From NCBI GenBank assembly GCA_025558095.1, contig JAIVFI010000035.1, positions 186,001 through 250,000 of the forward strand: 64,000 nucleotides of DNA. Reading direction: 5' to 3'. Position 1 is the first letter of the stretch, and the number at the start of each line of letters is the position of its first letter. This DNA is from Hyaloraphidium curvatum SAG 235-1 (lineage: Eukaryota; Fungi; Monoblepharomycota). The translations under genes were made by a program, and so were the position numbers. Positions 24,441 to 36,562 of this stretch are shown piece by piece. The notes under the pieces are model-generated. The model did not search any database and was not told the origin of the DNA. It saw only the letters and a list, made by a program, of their open reading frames with translations.

Positions 24441-26331
24441 TCACTCATCGGCGAGGAGCTCGTCCCCCCTCTTCCTCTTCGCCTGGCTGCCGCTGGGCAC
24501 GACTGTCACCTCCGACTCGGTCGGCAGCGAGTCCAAAAACTCGTCCATCGCGGTGCGCGTCAGGCTCCGGAACCCTTCGGTCTTGACGACCTTGCCGAAC
24601 TCGCGCCGCATGAGCGTCAGGCAGCGCTCCTTCAAGCCGCGCTCGCCGGCAGTGATGGCGACGGCAAAGATCTCCGAGACCGTGTGCACGTTCATGTTCA
24701 TGTCCAGGTGGTCGGCCGCGAGCCGCTGCAACCGCGGGATGCAGTAGAGGTTGCCGATGACCAGCAGTTGGCACACGACGTCGAGCGGGTAGTCAACGTC
24801 GTCGCCTTCGCCGAGAGTGTCCGTGTACAGGTACCGCACGAATGCGCGGACGACCTCGATGGGCTCGGGGACCGTCAGCGAGTCACCCCGGGAATCGCGA
24901 CAGCCCGAGGCGATCAAGTTCGAAAAGTGCTTCCACCGCGATTTGAGAATCAGCTGGTGCGCCTGGACGGGAGGTGCGTCGGGGGTGTTGGAGAAGATTT
25001 TGAAGTCCGAGTGCTCCGGGCTGTTGAACAGCTTCCCGATGTCGGAACCGAAGCTGCTCTCCGGGGTGTTGTAGAGACCAACGCCCTCCAGGTCGATCTC
25101 GAGGACGGTCCCGAGGTACTCGTCCTTGTCGTCGCCGTCGGGCGGATCCGTGCCCAGGAGGTAGTACGATTTCGCCTCGGGCGACGAAGCAAAGTAGTGC
25201 CAGTTGCCGTGCGCCAGCAGCTGCTCCGTGTCGTAGTGGCGCCACTTCTGGCTGGTCAGGTCCAAGCTCCAGATGCCCGTCACCTCGGCGCGGCGGTTCT
25301 CGTCGTCCTCCGTCGTGGCGTGCGTCAGCGAGTGCGTCACGAGGACCACAACTTTGCTGCCGCACAGCTGCGAAAAGTGCTGGCCCCGCGACGGCGGCAT
25401 CTCGGGCGACTCCACCCGCACTTCGGTGGTCTGGTTGTCGCTCAGGTCCAGGAAGGTCACGCCTGTCGGCCTCTCCATCTCCTCCGTCAGGCCGCCGTAG
25501 ATGTAGAAGCGATTCCGGTAGACGACAGTGAAGTGGCTCTCGCGGGGGGAGGATTTGATGGGCGGCTGCCAGGTCCAGGTGCGGAGGTCGAGGATGTAGA
25601 GTTCGGAGAGGACCTTGTCGTCCATGGTCTTGCCGCCGTGGATGAAGAGCTTGTCCTCGTGGATGGTGGCAGCGTGGCGGGAGAGAGGGGGAGGGATGGG
25701 GCCGTGGATCGTGGGCTGCTCCCACGTGAGGTTGCGGATGTCGAGGACGTGGACGTCGTTGCAGAGCTCCTCGCGGTCGTCGTAGCCGCCGAAAATGATG
25801 AGCCTGGATAGGGCGGTCACCATCGGCGGTGGTGGCCCGTCCATATTCCCAATACCCACTTGCGACCGCGCCATGGTGTTGCCGAGTGGTCGTTGCGAGG
25901 CCGGGGAGGGGTGCCGCGAGCGTAGCCGAGCTGGGTCCACTGCATCGTCTTGAGGTCTGGACAATACCGCCGTCAGCCCACGGCCGTTCGCCATCGGACC
26001 AAGAGCTCCATACCCAAGCAGTGCAGGTTGTTGAAGACCGCCGCCGAGTCATAGAAGTTGAAACCGCCGAAGGCATATATCTTGTCGCCGACGAGGCTGC
26101 GGCCGGGCGAGGGACGGTCAGCTCGGCCCCAACCATGCTCCTCATCGGGTCGCCTACCTGACAAAGTCGGAGATGGGACGGGAGTCGGCGCACGGCGGGG
26201 CCCAGGGAACGGTCAGAAGGGGCAGGGGGGTCCATTGTGTGCTTGTTTGCCCACCTGATGGAGCAGTTGGAGAGGCACGAGAGGGTCGAATTCTCCTCGA
26301 TGACCGCCTTGCGCGGCGTCGAGAGCGCCAT
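24441..26331 (-). CDS. Kelch-repeat plus BTB/POZ protein (LZTR1/Ral2/Mds3-like Cul3 adaptor)
   Basis: Kelch repeats KIYAFGG, LIIFGGY, LFIHGG, FYIYGG; BTB region SDFKIF..VQAHQLILKSRWKHF..FVRYLYTD. Introns in the 5' part. Confidence 0.85.
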
Positions 26332-26456
26332 GGTGGGCGCCGGACGCCGTGCGGAAGCGGGGCAGTCGAATAGGTCGCTCGATATCGACTCAAGCAGCTC
26401 TATGATCCCTTTTGAGAGCCGAAAGTTCACTAGCTTCTTCTCGGCGCGTTGCGGCG

Positions 26457-27758
26457 ATGAAGTGAGCCAGAGAAGGATTCAGAGCACAGCTCTGCGACTT
26501 ATTGGACGTGCTCTATGCCGCAGTGTGGTCAAGGAAATCCAGAAGATCAATGAACGCGAGCTACAGCTCGGTCTGACCGGGCAGGGCGGTTCTGTGGGTC
26601 GACCTGGCCGCTGGAAAGGGGAAACCGGCCATTTACACTTCTATACAGTACCATGACGACTACAAGGACAGCGCCTATATCTTTGTCGGGAATTTGGACT
26701 ACGAGGTCAGTCGAGAACTCGCCTCGAAGACGTCCTCCCTCACCCGTTCCTAACTGCGCAGCTCACGGAAGGGGATGTCATTACTATCTTCTCCCAGTGG
26801 GTGGAGCTATTCGTCTGACTTCTTTTGCAGGGACTTACTCGCCGCAATCGGCTCTAGGTATGGCGAAATCGTCGACGTCAACCTCGTCCGCGACAAGGGC
26901 ACCGGCAAATCCAAGGGGTTCGCGTTTGTGGCCTACGAGGATCAGCGGAGCACCGTGCTTGCCGTGGACAACTTCAACGGCACGAAGCTGCTCGGTCGGA
27001 CGCTGCGGGTAGACCACACGAAGAACTACCGGGAACCGAAGAAAGGATCCGACGACGAGGAGGAGGAGGAGCCCAAACCCAGGATTGCGCCACTCGGAAT
27101 CCTTCCCGGGGACGAAAAGCTTATTGCAGAGCAGGCAAAGGCCGCGGGAAAGAAGGATTCGGACGAGGAATCCATCGACATCGACGTTGCGGACCTGGAT
27201 CCCGAGGACCCCATGTACGACTTCCTGGTGGCCGAGCGCAAGAAGAAGCTGAAGAAGGAGAGGGGCAAGAGGAAGAAGGAGAAGAAGGAGAAGAAAGAAA
27301 AGAAGGACAAGGTCACGGACAAAAGGTCGGACCTGCCCAAGGCGATGCCGAAGCGGGAGGACTCGCCGCCACGGGAGCGGCACAGGGACTATGGAAAATT
27401 GGCGACGGAGGACAAGGCGTCGCAAAGGAGACCGGAACAGTTTTCGAGCTCGGACAGGAGGGACGATCGGCGTGTGGATCGTCCCGACGATCGGCGCGAC
27501 CGACCAAGTGATGGGTACCGCGATTCTGGAAGACGGGACAATGGACGGGACGATCGCGGAAGATGGGAGGATGACCGAAGGCACGAGACTCGCCGGCACG
27601 ATAGTGGTGATCGTCGGAGCCGGAGCCGAAGCCGGGATCGGCGGCGCGAGGATTTCCGGCGGCCGGAAGGGCCGGATCGCCCTTACCGAGACCGATCGAG
27701 GGATGTCCGCGATAGGTACGAAAGGAGGCGAAGCCGGAGTAGGAGTCCGCGGAGATAG
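26457..27758 (+). CDS. IST3: RBMX2/Snu17 (Ist3) RES-complex RRM protein with RS/RD-rich tail
   Basis: Spliced [88 protein letters not shown]. Four introns. Confidence 0.93.
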
Positions 27759-27966
27759 GCCAACTGAATCAGAAATGGTCCCTGGGAGCGAAAAGCCGAA
27801 CTGGAGAAGGCGGACCCTCGAGCCCGCGGCGCCACCTTCAGCATCGGACGCACCACCGTTCCGCCAGAACCTCTCCTACAGGCACGTCGCGACGCCGGCG
27901 GTCTCCTTTTGCGCGTCTCATACGCTTCGCGACAGAGCAACTTCTGGAAACCGGCCTGCCGACACG

Positions 27967-29872
<1,906 letters not shown>

Positions 29873-30033
29873 GCGATGCTCTTAATCTGCGGTGTCTCAA
29901 TCGAAAAATGTCAATGAGTCCGCGTTCCCGCTCCGGCCGCTGAGCCCCAGACTGAGAGGCGTCCTATTGCTGAGTCGTCAGTTTGCTTGAGTGGGTTCCC
30001 AAACAGTCCACTCGGGAGGTCGGAGAGGAAGAC

Positions 30034-32395
30034 ATGGCCGCCGTGGCCGCAGTTCCTGCGTCGCCGAGTCCACCATCGTCTCCCGTGGTGTCGAAGGAGG
30101 TGGTGGACCGATTCTACGCCCTGTGGGACAAGGTGCCAGGAAAGGAGGTTGCTGAATCCGACGGCGCGGCCGTGGAGTACCTCCCCAACGCGGCGGTCGT
30201 CTCGGTGCTTTCTCGATCATCTTTGCCTCGCGATTGGCTCAAGGAGATTTACTCCAACTCGCGGGCGGGGGCGACTGGTCGGATACCGGGCCTCAACAAG
30301 GACCAGTTTGCCCTCTCGTGCGTTCTGACGGCGGTCTGCAAACAACATGCCGGGCAGGCGGAGTTTCCCTGGAGCGCCGTGACGGAGGCGATGGTGGCCT
30401 TCAGTCAGCTTCGGGGCCTGAACATCCTGGGCGTCTCGAGCGCGGACTTTAGCACCGTCTCGTTCCCGGACCTATCCTCGCCGATTCCGCCTCTTCCGGC
30501 GAGAGATGGGGAGCAGGATGCTCTCAAATCTGGCCAAAATTCGCCTCCAATGGCGCTTGCCGCACCCCCTGAACCTCCGGCGCCCATTTTCGCGACACCA
30601 GCGAGGGAACCTCCGCCGCCGCCTCTTGTCGCCCCACCTCCTCCTCCACCGGTGATTCAAAATCCCGTCCCAGCGTCGCCGCCCGCTACACCTACTCGAG
30701 AACCTCCGCCTCCGCCCTCCGTTCCGTCACCGTCCCAAACTCCGCCCGTGCCCGGACCGCGCGCGGATCCCCGCCCGGAAACCATTCCGGGCACGTTTCC
30801 GCAGGACGATCCTCCTCCGTACGATTGGAATGACATTCCGCGCAATGACGTTGCTGCAACGCAGCCGTCCGGGACGCAACCTCCGCACCGGCCGGTGCCG
30901 CCGCCTCCTTTGCCTTCGCGTGACCAGGCAGCGGAGGCGTCCGAGACGCAGGCAGCCGGTAACCCTTTCGGGCAGTCGGCGGCGGCAAACCAGGCCGCGG
31001 AGCAGATGCTTTCGGACGAGGAGATGGCGCGCCGCCTGCAGGCGGAGGAGGAGGAGGAGCTCGCCCGCGCCCTCCAAGCTTCGCGGTTGGCAGCTGAGGC
31101 CGAGACGGCCAACGCCCGCGCCGCGCAGCAGCTCATCGAGGACGACCGCCGGCGCGCCATGGAGGCCGAGGACGAGGAGTTCGCGCGGCGGCTGCAGGCA
31201 GAGGAGGAGGCCCTGTCACGGCCGCCTTCGGGGGCCCTCCAGGGACCGCCGGCATTCCAGCCGCCGCCCATGATGAGGCCGTCTCCGCTGGTCATGGGAC
31301 CGCCCTTGCCGCGACCTGTTTCTGCGCTGCCCATGCCGCCGGTTTCGGCGCCTCCCGCGTTCAGCTTTGACCCTGCGATGCTGCAGCAGCCGGGATCCCC
31401 ATCCGGGGGCCTGGCTTTCCCCTTTTTCCCTGCCGCGGACCTCCTCCTCCCGGCGGCGTATGGGCGCAGTGCGTACGGCGTGAAGCGCATGGAGCACCTA
31501 TCTGGGAACGCGGCATCCGAGGACATTTACATGCAGTACGGTCCGCGCGACCGAGACGCGAGGTGCGTTTCGCCTGATTGCTTGGTACATAATGAAGACT
31601 TAAAGTCTTCCCCTATGACTCCCTAGGGCCGGACACCCGCTCCTGTGGATCCATTTCTTCTTCAACGATGCCGACACGGCGCGGCGATGCCGCGGATCCT
31701 GGCCCCGCAAGTCCGAGGTCGTTGCCGGCGTCGGACTCTCGGTCAACGGCTTCCGCCTACCCGCTGCGGGCCTCGAGTGCTCCAGCAAGGGCTTCGATTC
31801 CATGCAGGGCGGCATCAAGAGGCACCAGCATGTCTTTGTGCTCAAGAAGGCCGGCCAGCAGCTCTCGCCCAACATGCTCATCAAGCTCAACCAGCTCGTG
31901 ACGCAGATCCTGCGCGATCCCTTCAGCCCCGTCAGCATCCCCGAGGGAGGCGCGCTGTCGCGCCAGGGCAGCCTGACCGTAACGACGGCCCCGCGGACGG
32001 CCTCGCGGGAACCGGTGCCGCCCCCGGTCGCCCGCTCCGCGAGCACCCCGGCATCCTACCCCGTCCCCCGCCCCGCCCCCGCACCGGCCTCCCGACCGCC
32101 CTCCGCCACCGCGCCGCGGCCCTCCTCCGCGGTCGCCCCCTCCCCCGCCGCCTCCGCCTCCTCCAGCTTCTCCATGCCGCGCCCCACCTCGATCGACGCC
32201 AGCTCGAACGACGACGCCGACTCGACCGGCGACACGTGCATCGTGTGCTGGGACGCGGCGCGGACGCACTCGCTGTTCCCGTGCGGGCACAGGTCCTACT
32301 GCGCGGCGTGCGCGACGGCGATCATGTCGTCGGGGGACAAGAAGTGCTCCGTGTGCAGGCAGACGGTGCTGGGCGCGGCGCGCGTGTACGTGTAG
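30034..32395 (+). CDS. Putative E3 ubiquitin ligase: EH-like N-terminus, Pro-rich region, MIU/UIM-like repeats, unknown domain, C-terminal C3HC4 RING
   Basis: VLSRSSLPRDWLKEIY..LNKDQFALSC (EH-like); SDEEMARRLQAEEE and EDEEFARRLQAEEE; intron 31563-31626; CIVC..PCGHRSYCAAC..CSVCRQ. Confidence 0.78.
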
Positions 32396-32562
32396 GCGCA
32401 GTAGGCGTTCGCCGATGTACGGCACTCTTCAAATGTACCGCCGGAATCTTGGAATATGCACCGAGCCGCGATGCGTTGCCATGTTCTCTAGTGATGAGCG
32501 AGCAAGACACAATCCAAGCTGCTTGGCTACCACCGCCATGCACCACACCGCTCCGTCCGCCC

Positions 32563-34023
32563 TCATGCGGCCCTCGACGCGCCCTTGAGCTTCAGCAGAA
32601 AGTTGGCCACCACGACCTCGTTGACCGAGTCCAGCACCCCCGGAAGGCAAAAGTGCGAGCAATCCTCCGACACCCCGTCCGAGTTCATCCTCCACACGCT
32701 CGGGTGCCCGTCCGGCCGCATGTCCGTCAGCCTCGTCACGCGGATGACGGTGGCCACCGAGGGCGGCACCACCTCGTCCATGATGCGGATCTTGAGGGCC
32801 TCGGCGGTGGACGTGAAGCCCGGGTCGAGGATGGGCTGGGTCTGGTTGCGGCAGGTGCCCGATTCGCCGAGCCAGTGCCGCGCCGAGGGGGTCTGGAAGA
32901 AGATGAGCTGCCCGCGGCCCGAGAGGGACTGGTCGCGCACCCAGCGGACGGCCGTCTCGAGGGCGCGGCGGTAGTCCGGCAGGTCCGTCGCGCCGCGCGG
33001 CACGACAAAGTGGTGGTGCGCCACAAAGACGATGGCGAGGTAGTCCGGGGACTTTGCCTCGCGCGCCCAGAAGGGGTCCGCGCGGTCGTACCGGATCTGG
33101 CGGACCCAGTCGCCCTCGGTGCCGTCCGCGGCGCGGCCCGTGCGCACGTAGTTGACGTCCACGAGGTGGTTCGAGCGGAACCAGACCACGGTCGCGTTCC
33201 AGCGCAGGAAGCGGATGGTGGTGATTGTCTTGTCCAGGCTGCGGATGGCGGCGGGCAGGGTGCGCTTGACCTCGGTGGTGACGCCGCTGCGCGACACGCG
33301 GGCCTGGCCGTACAGGATGCAGACGAAGGATTTGAACTGGTTGCCGGCGATCGAGTCGCCGACGAATGCGAACTTGCGGTTGCGCAGCTGCTCGAGCACC
33401 TGGAAGGCGTCGACGCGCGGCAGCTCGCACGAAAAGGGCTGCCAGCGCCAGTTCTGGTAGCCGAAGTCGCGGCGGCCGTTGTACCTGCAGTCGGACAGGC
33501 CGCTCTCGACGAACGGGCAGTAGGACGTGTAGTAGGGCTCGCGCTGCTCGCCGTCGTCGTCCTCGTCCTCCGAGTCTGCCCTGCCCTTGAGCGGCACCCA
33601 CAGGCCGCGCTCGACGCCGCACGACGCCGAGAATTTCGCGCGCAGGCCGTCGCGTGTGACGTTTGTGCCGTTGCCTGCGTGCAGCGCGTCGGGCAGCAGC
33701 CTGAGCGGGGCGGCCACGCGCGCGTTGACTGTCCACAGGAACAGCGTGAGCAGGAACATGGCCAGCAGGTACGCCAGGCGGTACACGAAGGAGCACACGT
33801 TGCCGGGGTCGTCGTCGCGCGCGTCGCGGTCGCGGAGGGGCAGCAGGCGGCGCGACGAGGGCGAGGCGCGGCGTGCCCTCCCGCCGCCGGCCTGCGCGGG
33901 ACTCGCGTCCCGGTCGCCGTTCGCGTGGCGCGACGGCGGCCGCGGCTCGTCGTCCTCGTCCGAGCCGTCGCCGATGAACGGCGCCGTGCGGAGGATCGCG
34001 CGCAGCGACTGCGGCGAGAACAT
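32563..34023 (-). CDS. TRICHOME BIREFRINGENCE-LIKE (PMR5N + PC-esterase) polysaccharide O-acetyltransferase, type II membrane protein; intronless
   Basis: N-terminal TM; C..G.WV, YY...CPF......C..NGR.D.GYQNWRWQP..CELPR, FVGDSI..NQFKS..C, RPDGHPS, DCSHFCLPGVLD. GDS and DxxH catalytic motifs are intact. Confidence 0.9.
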   Translation of the reverse strand: MFSPQSLRAILRTAPFIGDGSDEDDEPRPPSRHANGDRDASPAQAGGGRARRASPSSRRLLPLRDRDARDDDPGNVCSFVYRLAYLLAMFLLTLFLWTVNARVAAPLRLLPDALHAGNGTNVTRDGLRAKFSASCGVERGLWVPLKGRADSEDEDDDGEQREPYYTSYCPFVESGLSDCRYNGRRDFGYQNWRWQPFSCELPRVDAFQVLEQLRNRKFAFVGDSIAGNQFKSFVCILYGQARVSRSGVTTEVKRTLPAAIRSLDKTITTIRFLRWNATVVWFRSNHLVDVNYVRTGRAADGTEGDWVRQIRYDRADPFWAREAKSPDYLAIVFVAHHHFVVPRGATDLPDYRRALETAVRWVRDQSLSGRGQLIFFQTPSARHWLGESGTCRNQTQPILDPGFTSTAEALKIRIMDEVVPPSVATVIRVTRLTDMRPDGHPSVWRMNSDGVSEDCSHFCLPGVLDSVNEVVVANFLLKLKGASRAA

Positions 34024-34259
34024 GCTGCCGAAATGGAAGTCGACCGCAAAGCCGCCGAGGCGCGGCCGGAAAGTCCAGGGCGGCCCGCGCATCCGCCGTC
34101 GCGGACACTGCGTGAATGGTGTGGACGGGACGCGGGGATCACGAGAACCGCGGTGATACCATTTTCGATCAATCGATCAAGGGGCCGATAATACCATTTC
34201 TTCGTTTCAGCCGTTACGATCAACCCCCTTTTAACAGACCGTTCCTGGCCCCTTGCGCG

Positions 34260-36510
34260 ATGCCTGCCCGCGAGGCGCCGCGTTTCGTGACTCCCGTGCT
34301 GCCGGGCCGGCCACATGCGTACTACGGGGCGCTGCACGTCCGCCCCGACCAGCTGCGGAAGGAGCAGAAGGACGTCGACGCGCCGATCGCGCCGACCCCC
34401 GCGTCGCCCGCCACGCCGCCCGAGCCGCGGCGCCCGCCCAACGAGGTCGCCGATGCGGCCGCCGCCGGCGACGCGGGCCGCCTGGAGGCGCTGCTGGACG
34501 GCGGCGGCGCGCTCAACTCGGCGGCGCCAAACGCCCCGCTGCCGCTGCACGCCGCCGCCTCGCGCGGCCACGCGGCCGCAGTGGCGCTGCTGCTCGACAG
34601 GGGCGCGATCGCAGACCTGGCAAACGGCGAGGGCGAGGTGGGATCCCAGATCTCTCGCCCCAGAGTGCTGGATCTGATCTTGTCGTCTCCATTAACCCCC
34701 CGGAACAGACCGCCCTCTCGCTCGCCGCGCTCAACGGCCACGACGCCGTCGTCCAGCTGCTGCTCGACCGCGGCGCCGACCCGCGGCTGCCGGACCGCGA
34801 CGGCTGGTCTCCGCTGCACAACGCGTGCTCGCGCGGCCACCTCGCCTGCGCGCGCCTGCTGCTCGCCGCCGGCGCGGATCCCAACGCCCGCAACGGCACC
34901 GCCACCACCCCGCTCATGTCCGCGGCCCCGCACCCCCCGCTGATCCCCGCGCTGCTCGCCGCCGGCGCCGACCCGCTGCTCCGAAACCAGTTCGGCGAAT
35001 CCGCCTACGACCTCGCCGCCCAGGCCGAGCTATCCCTTTCGTGCACCCTCCTTGCCGCCGCCGAGGACCCGCCCGTCCCCGCGGCCGAGCGGACCGCGGA
35101 GCTCGCCGTTTTGCACGAGAACCAGCGCTCCGCCGTGCTCTCGCGCACCTTCTCCCCTTCGAACCTCTCCCGCTCCGACCCCGGCGGCGCGTGGTCGACC
35201 CCCTCGGGGGCACCGGCGCACCCGGATGCGTATAGGGTGCCGGAGGGGTGGTACTGGTTGGGCGAGTGGAAGGTGGATCCCTCGAGGGAGGGGACGGACG
35301 CCGAGGGGTGGGATTACGCGCGGTCGTTCGATGCCACGGAGTGGGCGGCGGGGATGCCGAGTAATCCGGGGCTGGGGTCGTGGGTGCGCAGGAGGAGATG
35401 GATAAGGGCGATGAAGCGGCGCAGGGAGGGCGAGCCGCAGGGCGGGAGGAGGGCCGAGGGCGGGGCGCTGCCAGCGGCGGACGACTATTTGGCCAAGGCC
35501 AAGGCGATGCTGGCCGAGGGCGGCGGGGAGACGGACCAAGGGCGGACGGAGAGGGCGATCGAGGTGCTGTTGGCGGGCATTTCGCGGGACAGGGAGGGCA
35601 AGCGCAAGGCCGAGGCGGCGGCGCTGGCGAGGAGGTTGCTGGAGGAGGCGGAGGAGGCCGCGGCGGCGGCTCCCGCACCTACCGTTTCCCCGGACGAACA
35701 AGACGGGGCCGGTTTGGGCGACGAGGCAGATGCCGCCGACGCCTCGGCCCCCGAACTCGACGCCGAACCGACCCCGGAGGGCCCGCCCTCCCCGCTGTCG
35801 CAGGGCCCCGCGACGACGTGGCAGCTGGACGAGGACGCCCCCGTCTGCAACGGCTGCGGCAAGCGCTTCGGGCTCTTCCTCCGGCGGCACCACTGCCGCT
35901 GGTGCGGCAAGATCTTCTGCGCCGCCTGCGCCTCGAGGCGCATCCCCTTCAACCGCCGCGAACCCGACATCGTGCACCGCGTCGACGACGCCTGCCACGC
36001 GTACCTGACCTCCCCCGACTCGCCGCTCCTGCAGCGTCCTCTGCGCACTTCCCGCTCCCGTGGCGGCGCCTCGCCCTCCCCGAACCCCCTGCCGCGGATC
36101 GCCGTCCGCGCGCCAACGTCACCGACCGGCACCGCCGAGCCGCCCTCGGCCGTGGACTCGCTTGTGCTCTGCCCCGCGTGCGGCACCTCGCTGCTGGCGT
36201 TCCCGACCGAGGAGGCGCGGGAGAAGCACATGCGCGAGTGCTTCGAACGGAACACCTCGAGGGGGATCGGGGACAGGTACGTGACCAGGGTGCTGGACGA
36301 GGGGATGCCGGGCAAGGAGTGCGGGATTTGCTTCGTGGGTGGCGTCCGCTGCGGCGCAACGACGAATCGCTGACTTCCCATTGTCCGCAGGAGGAATTTG
36401 TCAAGGGGGACAAGGTCGCGCTGCTGGCCTGTCTCGACATGTTTCATGAGAGGTGCATTGCGGGCTGGATGGAACGCGGACACGGCTGCCCGGTGCACTC
36501 GGAGGACTAG
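34260..36510 (+). CDS. Ankyrin - DysF(Pex24/dysferlin) - MIT-like - FYVE - Zn finger - RING-H2 protein (Pib1-like E3)
   Basis: Ankyrin repeats PLHAAA, GWSPLHNAC; DysF HENQR..WYWLGEWKVD..EGWDY..WVRRRRWIR; FYVE WQLD..C..C..RRHHCRWCG; RING ECGICF|EEF..ACLDMFHERCI..W..CPVH. Two introns. Confidence 0.88.
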
Positions 36511-36562
36511 CTTCGGATCAACGAGCAGCGAGCCGTGATGCGGAACAATTCGACAGCGTGCT

